A stretch of 25,092 nucleotides of DNA from Phycisphaerae bacterium. Lineage in GTDB: Bacteria; Planctomycetota; Phycisphaerae; UBA1845; Fen-1342. The position numbers and the translations under genes are program-made. Of this stretch, positions 1 through 9,882 are shown piece after piece. Where the stretch lies: assembly GCA_050245935.1 (NCBI GenBank), contig JBFWWY010000001.1:1-25092 (forward strand). The letters run 5' to 3'. The notes below the pieces were generated by a model, which was given only the letters and a program-made list of their open reading frames with translations, did not search any database and was not told the DNA's origin. Every line of letters begins with the position of its first letter. Position 1 is the stretch's first letter.

Positions 1-241
1 GCGCCCGCCGACGCCGCGACAACCAAGCATAGTAGGATGCGTCCGCGACGCATCATTCACCCCAATTTCCAATCAGACTCACAAATCTTCGTGAACGACT
101 GACCGGCTGAGAGGCGGTCCCCCACTTTGTCCGTAGACGCCGGCTCTTCTGCTCCCGCCGACGCCGCGGCAACCAAGCATAGCAGGATGCGTCCGCGACG
201 CATCATTCGCCCCAATTTCCAATCAGACTCACAAATCTTCG
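1..241. repeat. 91-bp direct repeat (1-91 and 151-241, period 150 bp, 4 mismatches); each copy carries a REP-like hairpin G(T/C)AG-GATGCGTC-CGC-GACGCATC
   Basis: Direct comparison of the two copies; perfect 8-bp stem at 36-54 and 186-204, preceded by GTAG/GCAG. Confidence 0.9.
101..125 (-). repeat. GTGG-type REP-like palindrome (GTGGGGGACCGCCTCTCAGCCGGTC) between the two 91-bp copies
   Basis: GACCG...CGGTC stem preceded by GTGG on the minus strand. Confidence 0.5.
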
Positions 242-258
242 ACAATGCGACTCCGTGC

Positions 259-289
259 GTAGGGTGGGTAGAGCGCAGCGAAACCCGCC
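259..289 (+). repeat. GTAG-type REP-like palindrome GTAGGGTGGGTAGAGCGCAGCGAAACCCGCC
   Basis: GTAG tetranucleotide followed by a GGTGGGT/ACCCGCC stem, just downstream of the convergent NHL gene stop. Confidence 0.6.
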
Positions 290-315
290 GTTGCAACCGC
301 GTCAACATACAAGAC

Positions 316-2748
316 TCAATCCACATCAACCGGAAACACCAATCGCTCGGTGACGTTACCCAGCGTCACATCCACGTAAATCTCCCAATACCCCGGCATG
401 TGAAAATTCATGCCGCGCACCGCATACTTCCGCGGCGAAACCTCTTCCACCTCCGGCGACACCAGCATCCCATGCCGATGCGCGGGCATGTCGGCATCGA
501 CCCCGATCGCGAGCTTGGCAGCTTCCGTGTCCAGCGGATTCACTTCGACTTCCAGATCGAATAACTGATTCATCGGAACCGGATTCTTGTTCGTCCGCAA
601 CGAAACGCGACACCGCTCCAACGGCCCGGTACGCGTCATGACATCCGCTGTCGCGGTTTTCTCGCTCAAATCGTCCGACTTCGCTTTTTTTTCAACAGGT
701 TGCGAGGTCGGCGCCGGTGAATAGGACGAATACGGCCATTCCGGCATGCCTTCTTCTGAACGCTTAATGTCTTCGCAATACCACCGGCTGCCGAACACGC
801 GCAGAAATTCGCCTTTCGGCGATAAGGTCTGCAACCGGTGATGCCCCCAATCGACAATCGTGATCGCACCGTTGTCATCCACTGCAATCCCGCGCGGCTT
901 GTAGAACTGCTTGCGGCCGAGGCCAGTGCCCTCCTGCGAAAGCTCCCTTGCGCCCGTTCGAAATGAGGCTAGAAACACGGCGTTACCTTGGTCCGTGGCA
1001 AACACGACTTCGCCGGGTGGCGCAATCGCGATACCAGCAATATCCCGGCCCGCAACCGCAGGTTCGAGTTGTGCGCTAATGTCGACTACCGTGATCTTTC
1101 CATCGGTGGAATCGATAAAGGCACCAGCCAGTGCGCCGGCACCATGTCTCGCCGCAATAATCGGGAGATTCCGCGCAGCTTTCGGAACAGGGCCGATCGC
1201 CAGATCAAACGCATCAACGCGCACATCCGAATCATTACTCAGGGATTTCTTGCTGACGAATTCACCGCTGTATGTCATCACCACGAGTTGACCATTCGCC
1301 GCGTCCAACACCCCTAACCGTTCCTCCGGCAAACGCACGATATCCTCAGGCGTCACGGCCCATTTCAGCGAGTCGCTGTCTTTGTCTTTGAGCTTCGAAA
1401 CATCAATCTCATACAAAAACCGCGCCATCTGCGGATTAAACCGCAACGTCGTCTCGCTGCGATGATCGATGTGCCACACGCTGATGCGTCGTCCCGCCGG
1501 GTCGCAGACGAACAGCCAGTCGCGCTCCGGATCGTAGGTCATCCCGCCGATGGTGATAAACCGCCCCGGCGTGCGGCCGTAGGCGCCGAGATTGGTGATT
1601 TCGATCGGCGTCGGCTGGCTCTGGTCGAAGATGCGCACGCGCGACGTTTCCGGCTCGCTCGTAAACAGCAGCCGTCCGTCGATGTGAATCTTCTCGCCGA
1701 AGTGCGCACTCTGCCCCGGCTCCGTCTGCTGCCACCCCGCGATCGGCGAGGTGTCTTTCGGCGCAGTCGTGAAGACCTGCACGCGATTCTGAAACGATTC
1801 ACCGACGGCGGCGTACTTGCCGTCGCGCGAAATCGCGATGCTGTCGGGATAATGAAAATGCCCCTCGCCTTGCCCCGGCTTCACGACGTGCAGGCCCCAC
1901 TCGTAGCGCACCTGCCCGTCGAGATCGAAGACCTGAATGCGGTGGTTCATGCGGTCGGCGACAAACAACTCATCTTTGTAAACCGCAATCCCGCACGGCT
2001 CCGCGAGCAGGCCGGGGTAGTAGCCGCGGGCACCGAACGACAGCAGGTGCTTGCCGCTTCCGTCGAATTTCTGGATGCGGTGGTGATCGGTATCGGCGAC
2101 GTAGATGTTCCCACTCGCGTCTACTGCGATACCGCGCGGATTGGTGAATTGACCGTCATTTCCGCCATATTCGCCAAACGTCAGCAGATGCTTGCCGTCG
2201 TAGTCAAAAACCTGCACGCGGTGATTGCCGGTGTCGGCGACGTAGACTTTCGACTTGTCGCACGCGATCGCGCGGGGCACCGCGAATTCGCCGGGACCGA
2301 CGCCGCGCTTGCCCCACGTCGCGGAGATGTTCTCCCCTACATGCTGCACCTGTGCGCGGCGGGTCTCTACCACAAAGAACGAATTCCCGGTGGGCGTCGA
2401 AGCAATTGCGCCGGGAACGGGCCAAATTCGTGCGTCGTCGGGTGACGTCGTCGAAGATATCACAGTCGAATTCTTTTCGATGTCCGCGAATGGCACCAGG
2501 TGGACAAACGGCGCTTCCAAAAACGCGATGGCGAGGTCCGCATCCGCAAACGCCAGCCCAGCTGGTTCGTGAGGCGTCTCAAACTGCGCGACGAATTTGC
2601 CGAATTGCAGCGATTCGGGTTCGTCGGCAAGTGAGGACTGTGACAAGGTAAGGACCATCATGATGGTCAGGTTCGCCAACAGCCGAAATCGGTGAGTTTG
2701 AGGGCCGGCTAAAGATCGCTGTATCGTCGGAGTTAATCGGTTCTTCAT
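316..2748 (-). CDS. Exported NHL-repeat beta-propeller protein (~810 aa) with a C-terminal YtkA/FixH-like His/Met domain
   Basis: Repeated NHL motifs (DTGNHRVQVFD, DTDHHRIQKFD, DRMNHRIQVFD, DWGHHRLQ); signal-peptide-like N-terminus ending SLA-DE; C-terminal DADMPAHRHGM...FHMPGYWEI. Start moved from 2937 to ATG 2748 because of the signal peptide and an adjacent -10 box. Confidence 0.8.
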   Translation of the reverse strand: MKNRLTPTIQRSLAGPQTHRFRLLANLTIMMVLTLSQSSLADEPESLQFGKFVAQFETPHEPAGLAFADADLAIAFLEAPFVHLVPFADIEKNSTVISSTTSPDDARIWPVPGAIASTPTGNSFFVVETRRAQVQHVGENISATWGKRGVGPGEFAVPRAIACDKSKVYVADTGNHRVQVFDYDGKHLLTFGEYGGNDGQFTNPRGIAVDASGNIYVADTDHHRIQKFDGSGKHLLSFGARGYYPGLLAEPCGIAVYKDELFVADRMNHRIQVFDLDGQVRYEWGLHVVKPGQGEGHFHYPDSIAISRDGKYAAVGESFQNRVQVFTTAPKDTSPIAGWQQTEPGQSAHFGEKIHIDGRLLFTSEPETSRVRIFDQSQPTPIEITNLGAYGRTPGRFITIGGMTYDPERDWLFVCDPAGRRISVWHIDHRSETTLRFNPQMARFLYEIDVSKLKDKDSDSLKWAVTPEDIVRLPEERLGVLDAANGQLVVMTYSGEFVSKKSLSNDSDVRVDAFDLAIGPVPKAARNLPIIAARHGAGALAGAFIDSTDGKITVVDISAQLEPAVAGRDIAGIAIAPPGEVVFATDQGNAVFLASFRTGARELSQEGTGLGRKQFYKPRGIAVDDNGAITIVDWGHHRLQTLSPKGEFLRVFGSRWYCEDIKRSEEGMPEWPYSSYSPAPTSQPVEKKAKSDDLSEKTATADVMTRTGPLERCRVSLRTNKNPVPMNQLFDLEVEVNPLDTEAAKLAIGVDADMPAHRHGMLVSPEVEEVSPRKYAVRGMNFHMPGYWEIYVDVTLGNVTERLVFPVDVD

Positions 2749-2755
2749 GAAAAAG

Positions 2756-2766
2756 AGTGTAGCAGG
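2756..2766 (-). promoter_or_regulatory. Extended -10 (CCTGC-TACACT) 7 nt upstream of the ATG; probable leaderless promoter
   Basis: TGn-TACACT directly upstream of ATG 2748, no Shine-Dalgarno; near-identical motif precedes the GH144 gene. Confidence 0.5.
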
Positions 2767-3039
2767 CGGCTCACATCGCGCGAAATCCGCAATAGGGGAT
2801 CTGAGCCGTTCAGACATTTGCCGGGACGGCTCTGATCGCTCCCATGGAGAAGTGGACCGGTTATGGAGCGACCGAGTACGCACCGGCGAGACGCCGATGC
2901 TCCCCTGCAAATCCCTTCCTTTGGGGCGGCGTAACAAGCCGCCGTCCCCACTCGGCAGAACGACGGGAAACCCCTATGATGTGGGGCTTGCGCGAACCCG
3001 GGGGTTCGAGGCAGACGGTACCAGCAACATTGTGGATTT

Positions 3040-4869
3040 ATGAAACAGGCAAATATACGAAATATTGCGATCATTGCGCACGTCGACCACGGCAAGACCA
3101 CACTGGTCGATCAGATGCTGCGTCAGTGCGGACAGTTCCGCGAAAATCAGCTCAAAGGCGAGCGTATTCTCGACTCGAACGATCTCGAGCGTGAACGCGG
3201 CATCACGATTCTCTCCAAGAACATCGCGATTCAATATAAAGACATCAAGATCAACCTGATCGACACGCCTGGCCACGCGGATTTTGGCGGCGAAGTGGAA
3301 CGCGTGCTGAAGATGGCGGACGGCTGTCTGTTATTGGTGGACGCTTTCGAAGGGCCGATGCCGCAGACGCGTTTCGTGCTGCGTAAAGCGTTTGAATATG
3401 GTCTTCAGCCGACAGTCGTCATCAATAAGATGGACCGGCCCGACGCACGACCGAACGAAGTTATGGACGAAGTGCTCGACCTGTTCATCGAACTGGGTGC
3501 CGACGAGGCCGGTCTCGATTTCCCAATCATTTACGCCTCGGCTGTGAAGGGCTGGGCCTCCGCGCATGTCGACCAGATCACCGAAAACATGCATGCACTG
3601 TTCGACGCGATCCTGGAATATACCCCGGCACCGGAAGTCGATGTCAACGCACCGGTTCAGATGCTGATCACGACACTCGACTACAGCGACTACGTTGGCC
3701 GCATCGGGATTGGTCGCGTGTTCGCCGGCACGCTGCACGCGGCGGACCCCGTCATGGTCATTCACCGCGACGGAACCCAAATGAAGGAACGAATCGGGGA
3801 GTTGTTCGTTTTTGACGGATTGAGCCGGAAAAAAGTCGATGCGGTGCCTGCCGGCGATATTTGCGCGGTCGTCGGTTTGGAATCGGTCGACATCGGCAAC
3901 ACGATCTGCGACCCCGAAGACCCGAAGCCGCTGCCGCTGGTTCGCATCGACGAGCCGACCCTGCACATGACGTTCCGCGTCAATGACTCGCCGTTTGCCG
4001 GTCGATCCGGAAAGTACGTCACGAGTCGGCACATTCGCGACCGTCTTGAGAAAGAACTGCAGCGCAACGTCGCACTTCGCGTCGAGCCGGGACATACGCC
4101 GGAAGAATTTCACGTTTCCGGTCGCGGCGTCCTGCACCTTTCAGTGCTGATCGAGAACATGCGTCGCGAAGGCTACGAACTGGCCGTCGGGAAGCCGAAG
4201 GTCATCTTCCGCGAGCTCGGCGGCAAGAAGACCGAGCCGATCGAACTCTGTGTGATCGACGTCTCAAATGAGCACGTTGGAAGCGTGATGGAAATGATGG
4301 GAGGTCGGCGCGGCATCTGTACCAAGATGGAGCAACGCGAAAACATCACCCACCTTGAATTCACGATCCCGACGCGCGGCCTGATCGGATTGCGAAACCG
4401 CATGCTCACCGCGACGCAGGGCACTGCGATCATGCACCACGTTTTCTACGAGTATGAATACCTCCGTGGATCGATCCCGTCGCGCACGCTGGGCGTGCTG
4501 ATTTCGAATGAGGCAGGGCAGGTCACAGCGTATGCGCTGGATGGCCTTAAAGATCGTGGGGAAATGTTCATCGCCCCCGGCGCGCAGGTCTATCCGGGTA
4601 TGATTGTCGGCGAGCATTGCCGCGAAAATGATTTGAACGTCAACGTCGTTCGCGGCAAAAAGCTGACGAATATTCGCACGACTTCGTCCGACAAAAACAT
4701 TATTCTCAAACCGCCGCGCGAGCTTACCCTCGAAATCGCCCTGGAGTTCATCGACGACGATGAACTGATTGAAGTAACACCGGAAGGCTTGCGACTTCGC
4801 AAGCGGCTGCTGTCAGAAGCCGATCGCAAGAAGGCGATGCGGAAGGAGCGCGAAGCGGTCGAAGGCTAG
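3040..4869 (+). CDS. typA: Translational GTPase TypA/BipA
   Basis: [50 protein letters not shown]-terminal KKLTNIR and [13 protein letters not shown]; 609 aa. Confidence 0.98.
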   Translation: MKQANIRNIAIIAHVDHGKTTLVDQMLRQCGQFRENQLKGERILDSNDLERERGITILSKNIAIQYKDIKINLIDTPGHADFGGEVERVLKMADGCLLLVDAFEGPMPQTRFVLRKAFEYGLQPTVVINKMDRPDARPNEVMDEVLDLFIELGADEAGLDFPIIYASAVKGWASAHVDQITENMHALFDAILEYTPAPEVDVNAPVQMLITTLDYSDYVGRIGIGRVFAGTLHAADPVMVIHRDGTQMKERIGELFVFDGLSRKKVDAVPAGDICAVVGLESVDIGNTICDPEDPKPLPLVRIDEPTLHMTFRVNDSPFAGRSGKYVTSRHIRDRLEKELQRNVALRVEPGHTPEEFHVSGRGVLHLSVLIENMRREGYELAVGKPKVIFRELGGKKTEPIELCVIDVSNEHVGSVMEMMGGRRGICTKMEQRENITHLEFTIPTRGLIGLRNRMLTATQGTAIMHHVFYEYEYLRGSIPSRTLGVLISNEAGQVTAYALDGLKDRGEMFIAPGAQVYPGMIVGEHCRENDLNVNVVRGKKLTNIRTTSSDKNIILKPPRELTLEIALEFIDDDELIEVTPEGLRLRKRLLSEADRKKAMRKEREAVEG

Positions 4870-5133
4870 CATTTGCGGTTTCCAAGATAGGGTGGCGCGC
4901 TGCAAAAAGGGCGTCGTCATCAGGGGCCGATTACTGTCGGCTGCCCGCCCCAAATTGAGGTGATTTTTAGCTCTCAGTCGACGTTTTCCGGACGCGCTGG
5001 TCAGTGTTCGGCGTAGGCAATGACCTTGCCGAGCGCGCAATCCGTCGAAAACTGCCTTGATTGGTGCCAATCCCCCGCGTATTTTAAGTGCTTCGCATAA
5101 CGCGACACTTCTCGAATTCTCGGAGGGTTTGAA

Positions 5134-7146
5134 ATGCACGGGAAAGGTAAGGGCGCGCGGCACTTCCGCGCTCGGTTCGTTTGCATTGGCGGCCTCGTCC
5201 TCGGAACGCTCCTCACCGGTAACGCGACTCTTCAGGCACAGTCGGTCGCCCACGACTGGAATGAACAGCTACTCGCGGCAATTCGACGAGATTTCGCAAG
5301 GCCCACAGTACACGCGCGAAATCTTTGGCACACGTCGATCGCGATGTACGACGCATGGGCGGTCTACGACCTTCACGCGTTCACCTATCTCACTCACGAG
5401 TACCACACTGCGGCGGATGTGGAGGCGGCGCGCGAGGAATCGATCAGCTATGCAATGTACCGAATCCTGCGACATCGCTTCGCTTCCTCGCCGGGCGCGG
5501 CGCTTTCGCTCGCCGCTTTCGATGCCATGATGGTCTCGTTAAGTTATGACATCAACATCACCACCACAGTGGGTAATACGCCCGCTGCTGTGGGAAACCG
5601 AATTGCGGCAAATGTCATCGCGTTTGGTTTGAGCGACAATTCCAACGAACAGCTCGGATACGCGAATCTCTTTTACTTCCCGGTAAACCCGGCGCTTGTC
5701 GTCACACTTCCAGGCAATCCCGACCTTCTGTTCGTCAATCGCTGGCAGCCTCTCGCGCTCGATTTCTTTGTCGATCAGAACGGCATCGTCATTCCACTCG
5801 GATATCCGCCCGCGTTGAGCCCGGAGTGGGGGATCGTAAAGGGATTTTCGCTGACAGATGAAGATCTGACGATTTACCAGCGCGGCGGATTTGATTACTG
5901 GGTCTACCACGATCCGGGTCCGCCGCCGCTTCACGGCACGGCAACCGAAGATGCCTTCAAGCAAACTTTTGAGAAGGTCATTGAGTATTCCAGTCTGCTC
6001 GATCCGACGGACGGTGTCATGCTCGACATCGGACCCGGCGCGCGCGGCAACAACACATTCGGTACCAATGACGGAACCGGACATCCGCTCAACCCGTTTA
6101 CCAACCAGCCGTATGCACCCAACGTGGTCCCCGCCGGCGACTACTATCGTGTACTCGCAGAGTTCTGGGCGGACGGTCCCAGCTCGGAAACGCCGCCGGG
6201 TCACTGGAATTTCATTGCCAACACGGTCATGAGTGCACCCGGATTCGAGCGTCGGTTCCGGGGACAAGGTCCGATTCTCGATGAACTCGAATATGAAGTG
6301 AAGCTCTATCTCGCGTTGAACAGCGCCGTCCACGATGCGGCCATTTCCGCGTGGGGAGTCAAAGGTTGGTACGATTTCGTGCGACCCGTTTCCGCGATTC
6401 GCTATCTGTGTGGACTCGGACAATGCTCGGATCCGATGGGGCCGTCATTTCACCCAGGCGGCATCCACTTGATCCCCGACCTGATCGAAGTGGTGACACC
6501 TGCGAGCAGTGCGATGGGTGAGCGGCATGAGCATCTTGCGGCCGATGTCGGCAAGATTGCCATCAAAGCGTGGCGCGGTCCGGACTTCGTTGTCGATCCA
6601 CAGGTGGACACAGCAGGGGTTGATTGGATTCTTGCGGACAACTGGTGGCCCTACCAGCGCCCGACGTTTGTTTCGCCGCCGTTCCCCGGCTATGTGTCAG
6701 GACACAGCACATTCAGCCGCGCGTCGGCGGAATTGATGTCGCTGTTCACCGGTTCGCCGTATTTCCCGAATGGACTGGGCGAATTCCACTGTCCTCAGAA
6801 CGCGTATCTGGTATTTGAAGAAGGCCCCAGCGTCAACGTCACCCTCCAATGGGCGACGTACGGGGACGCTGCGGATGAGTGCAGTCTGTCCCGCATCTAT
6901 GGCGGCATTCACCCTCCGGCCGATGACATTCCCGGCCGCTTCATCGGCCGTGCGGTAGGGCACGACGTATTCCGTTTGGCACGGGCGTACTTTAACGGTG
7001 CCGTATTGCCGATCTTCGCCGATTGCGAAACCGGACCGGGTTCGCAGGGCGTACTCAGTGGTCAATGCCTCCGATCCGACAAGGACGGCGACAATGACAT
7101 CGATGTTCACGACCTGGCGCAAATGATGATTGACGCCGGCGCATAA
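5134..7146 (+). CDS. Secreted vanadium-dependent haloperoxidase-like protein (PAP2/VHPO superfamily) with a C-terminal dockerin/EF-hand-like motif
   Basis: All three vanadate/phosphate-binding motifs: K-x6-RP (KGWYDFVRP), PFPGYVSGHS, SRIYGGIH; signal peptide ending LQA-Q; GGAGG RBS at 5121-5125; tail CLRSDKDGDNDIDVHDLAQM. Confidence 0.85.
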   Translation: MHGKGKGARHFRARFVCIGGLVLGTLLTGNATLQAQSVAHDWNEQLLAAIRRDFARPTVHARNLWHTSIAMYDAWAVYDLHAFTYLTHEYHTAADVEAAREESISYAMYRILRHRFASSPGAALSLAAFDAMMVSLSYDINITTTVGNTPAAVGNRIAANVIAFGLSDNSNEQLGYANLFYFPVNPALVVTLPGNPDLLFVNRWQPLALDFFVDQNGIVIPLGYPPALSPEWGIVKGFSLTDEDLTIYQRGGFDYWVYHDPGPPPLHGTATEDAFKQTFEKVIEYSSLLDPTDGVMLDIGPGARGNNTFGTNDGTGHPLNPFTNQPYAPNVVPAGDYYRVLAEFWADGPSSETPPGHWNFIANTVMSAPGFERRFRGQGPILDELEYEVKLYLALNSAVHDAAISAWGVKGWYDFVRPVSAIRYLCGLGQCSDPMGPSFHPGGIHLIPDLIEVVTPASSAMGERHEHLAADVGKIAIKAWRGPDFVVDPQVDTAGVDWILADNWWPYQRPTFVSPPFPGYVSGHSTFSRASAELMSLFTGSPYFPNGLGEFHCPQNAYLVFEEGPSVNVTLQWATYGDAADECSLSRIYGGIHPPADDIPGRFIGRAVGHDVFRLARAYFNGAVLPIFADCETGPGSQGVLSGQCLRSDKDGDNDIDVHDLAQMMIDAGA

Positions 7147-7170
7147 GCGAGCGGCCGATACGGTGACAAC

Positions 7171-7206
7171 AAAAAACCGCCGCAGCGCTGCGGCGGTTTT
7201 CTTTTT
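7171..7206. terminator. Bidirectional intrinsic terminator between the convergent haloperoxidase and SPFH genes
   Basis: Perfect 28-bp palindrome AAAACCGCCGCAGC/GCTGCGGCGGTTTT (7173-7200) with an A run upstream and T runs downstream. Confidence 0.9.
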
Positions 7207-7247
7207 CCGCTTGTTCGGTAAAGCCGGATTTCAAGCGGCGGAATTGA

Positions 7248-8207
7248 CTACGCCTGCGGCGGTTGCGGGCGCTTCATCGAGCGCGGCGGCCGCGGTTCGT
7301 CGCCGTTTTCGTCCGCATCATGCGTGACGAGCATTGCCTGCATGATCTGCTCGCTGACGTTGTTCATGCCGCTTGGGCCGTACGGCACCATGAGCACGGT
7401 CGCCTTGTTCCGCGCACCAACAACCGCGAGCGTATCGTAATGCTGCGTGAGCAATACCATCTTGGTCGCTTCTTCCGGCGAGATGCCGGCCTCGGCGCAG
7501 GCTTCGACCGACTCTTTGAGACCGTTGGCAATCGCGAGGCGCTGCCGCGCAATACCCACACCCTGCAGTTCCTTCGCGCGCGCTTCCGCTTCGGCATCGG
7601 CGATGGTGCGAATCTTTTTTGCTTCCGCCTCGAACTTCGCGGCTTCCCGCAGGCGCGCCGCCGCGTTCACGTGGTTCATCGCTTCCTTGACCTTCGGGTC
7701 CGGCTGGATGTCGTTGACGAGCGACTGCATAATTTCGTAACCGAACTGTCGCATGGTGTCTTCGAGGCGATCCTTAACGGCCAGCGCGATTTTCTCCTTT
7801 TCGGAGAATACGTGATCGACCGGCATTTCCGGCACCAAGGCGCGCACAGTGTCAAAGACATACGAACTCATTTGTTGATGAGGATTGCTGAGCTTGTAGT
7901 GCGCGAGCTTGACCGCTTCGTCGTTGTCTTCAACAAAAAATTGCACCGCGATCAGCAAATCTACGAAAACGTCGTCTTTTGATTTCGATTCGATCGTGAT
8001 TTCCAGTTCGCGGATGCGGTGCGAAACGCGTCCGGCCACCGTGTCGAAGATCGGAATTTTGAAATTCAAACCCGGCCCAGCGATTTTGTTGAACTTGCCG
8101 AAGCGCTCAATGACTGCGTGCGTCTGTTGTTGCACCGTAAAGAGGCCGGAAAAAACGACGATCAATAGAAACACGCCGATGACACCGCCAGCGATCAAGT
8201 AACCCAT
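7248..8207 (-). CDS. SPFH/band-7 (stomatin/prohibitin/HflKC superfamily) membrane protein, ~319 aa
   Basis: N-terminal TM, then VIERFGKFNKIAGPGLNFKIP, SKSKDDVFV, MSSYVFDTVRALVP, DIQPDPKVKEAMN and an A/E-rich coiled coil; start at ATG 8207 with an AAGGA RBS. Confidence 0.92.
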   Translation of the reverse strand: MGYLIAGGVIGVFLLIVVFSGLFTVQQQTHAVIERFGKFNKIAGPGLNFKIPIFDTVAGRVSHRIRELEITIESKSKDDVFVDLLIAVQFFVEDNDEAVKLAHYKLSNPHQQMSSYVFDTVRALVPEMPVDHVFSEKEKIALAVKDRLEDTMRQFGYEIMQSLVNDIQPDPKVKEAMNHVNAAARLREAAKFEAEAKKIRTIADAEAEARAKELQGVGIARQRLAIANGLKESVEACAEAGISPEEATKMVLLTQHYDTLAVVGARNKATVLMVPYGPSGMNNVSEQIMQAMLVTHDADENGDEPRPPRSMKRPQPPQA

Positions 8208-8235
8208 GGGAGCTTCCTTTCCTGGGAAAGAGTTG

Positions 8236-8700
8236 TTATTCGTCTTCGGGTCGCCAGTCAAATTCTGCCGAAAGCAGCCTCACCGCGACAGAGTGTACCG
8301 CGTCCTGCAGTTCCCACGACGGGATTTCGACAGTGATTTCCACGCCTGTCGGAAACTGTTCGATTTCGAGGACGCCTTGATACGCGGGTTCACCGCGCTT
8401 GCCGACAGCGCGCACTTCATAGCGGACGTCTCGCAGCGGATAGCCGGCGTTGAACAAGGTCAGTTCGATCGGCTCGGTGCCGATGAGCCGCGTCCCGCCC
8501 CAAGCCGATTGTCGTTTGAAGTAAAGGCATCGTGCCTGCTGCCACGGTTCCGCGCCTTGCGGCGTTGCCAGCGGCTCCGGATGCGCCATTCGGCCGGCGT
8601 CGGGCTGTGCAGCGACCGCGCCCGTCAACGACAGACCGCAGTATGCGCAGAATTTCGCAGATGCGGTGACGGATCGTTTGCAGCGCGGACAGTCGTTCAC
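8236..8700 (-). CDS. Zinc-ribbon domain protein of unknown function
   Basis: N-terminal CPRC-x10-CAYC; GTG start with AGGTG RBS; ends 28 bp before the SPFH start. Confidence 0.75.
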   Translation of the reverse strand: MNDCPRCKRSVTASAKFCAYCGLSLTGAVAAQPDAGRMAHPEPLATPQGAEPWQQARCLYFKRQSAWGGTRLIGTEPIELTLFNAGYPLRDVRYEVRAVGKRGEPAYQGVLEIEQFPTGVEITVEIPSWELQDAVHSVAVRLLSAEFDWRPEDE

Positions 8701-8929
8701 AGGAGCACCTCGGGAGCGGGTCGGCGATAATCGCCCATCCTCGCAGCCGACGAATACGGCCGCGCGCGAGTTCCCCGCTTTATATGAGTAGTGTAGTTTT
8801 CACGCGGGCAAACGCCACTACAACTTTTGTTCGTGTTTGGAATGATCCGCGTCGCTGGAAATTCGAGATTTCGGCGAATTGTGCGCGAATATCACGCTCT
8901 AGACGGGAAAATCTGTTCGTGTGAAAACG

Positions 8930-9457
8930 TCAGCCGCGCGGAAGAATCGACAAATATTCCCGCCATGGACCGACAGCTTCGCGATACTGATACGCCATCG
9001 ATTTTGCGATCTGGTGAATGTGGTTGAGGTCGTGTACGACCCACGTGGCCAGCAATTGCTCAAGCGTGACGCTGCCGAAAGCGGGGTGCGTGCCGCGTAG
9101 CGCAAGATTAGTCGCGTCGAGGTGAAGTGCCGCAAGCGACACGAGATTTTCGGCGCGAAGTTCAGCGAATTCCCGTAGTAATTCGTCGATCGTACGACCT
9201 TTGCTTGCTTCGTACATCGCGTAGCGATCAAACGGTGCAAACGCTTGCGACTCGCCGTCGTCCAGAATCATCCGAACGCGAACCATCCAGTCCGTTTTCT
9301 CGCCGTGTATCAGGTGGCCGACGACGTCGAAGGGGGAGAACGTGTCTACGCCATAGTTATTGCTAACCCACGGCGCGCTCAAGCCGGACAGCATGGCACG
9401 CAAAACTGATGGCGTCCGCTGCAGGATTTCGACGGCGTGTTGAAGATTGAACTGCAT
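8930..9457 (-). CDS. DinB/YfiT-family protein, ~175 aa
   Basis: AVEILQRTPSVLRAML, FSPFDVVGHL, FAPFDR, TWVVHDLNHIHQI (His metal-binding pattern). Start moved to ATG 9457 because the longer ORF overlaps arsR. Confidence 0.88.
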   Translation of the reverse strand: MQFNLQHAVEILQRTPSVLRAMLSGLSAPWVSNNYGVDTFSPFDVVGHLIHGEKTDWMVRVRMILDDGESQAFAPFDRYAMYEASKGRTIDELLREFAELRAENLVSLAALHLDATNLALRGTHPAFGSVTLEQLLATWVVHDLNHIHQIAKSMAYQYREAVGPWREYLSILPRG

Positions 9458-9555
9458 CAGACGTGTCGCTCGCAGGTCATCGTAGCGCTTCACCCTTCTT
9501 GACGGTTGATGCGGGCGTCCCGCCTGTACGTGCACGATTAAAATCTTAGCATTCG

Positions 9556-9882
9556 CTATTCCTCCGGCGTTTCGACGAGTGCCTTGAGTCGATCGAGCCG
9601 GCGATCCCACTCGATTTCGACTTCACGCATCCACTCCCGCACCGCAGCGAATTGATCTAACGACAGATTGTAATGCTCTTCGCGGCCGCGTCGCGTTTTG
9701 GTGACGAGACGCGCCTTCTGCAGGACGCGAAAATGCTTTGCGACCGCCTGACGCGTGATGTTCAGCCGCTGCGCAAGGCCGACCGATGTGCCGGTTCCCT
9801 CGCGCGCAAGGATGCTGATCAACTCGCGCCTTCGCGCGTCCGCGAGCGCGCGAAAGGCGTCGTCGACAGTTAGCACAGTCAT
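9556..9882 (-). CDS. ArsR/SmtB-family transcriptional regulator (Cys-free, SRPBCC-associated type)
   Basis: FRALADARRRELI, HTH segment ITRQAVAKHFRVLQKARLV, C-terminal WDRRLDRLKALVE; ATGA overlap with the SRPBCC gene. Confidence 0.92.
   Translation of the reverse strand: MTVLTVDDAFRALADARRRELISILAREGTGTSVGLAQRLNITRQAVAKHFRVLQKARLVTKTRRGREEHYNLSLDQFAAVREWMREVEIEWDRRLDRLKALVETPEE

Noticed and set aside
1-241. CRISPR array
   Set aside because: Only two copies; the 91-bp repeat and 59-bp spacer are far outside CRISPR size ranges; no cas genes nearby
57-613. ORFs 57-329, 127-564 and 356-613
   Set aside because: They translate the repeat region or are shadows of the NHL gene; no protein-like features
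2749-2937. 63-aa N-terminal extension of the NHL ORF
   Set aside because: Runs through intergenic hairpins; the signal peptide and -10 box point to ATG 2748
2820-3010. Hairpins upstream of typA as a riboswitch
   Set aside because: Short stems (CGGCG-AGA-CGCCG, GGCGGC/GCCGCC, CGAACC/GGTTCG) but no recognisable aptamer core; more likely REP-like remnants
8788-8822. GTAGTG...CACTAC inverted repeat
   Set aside because: Short, degenerate and single-copy here; possibly a decayed REP, too weak to call
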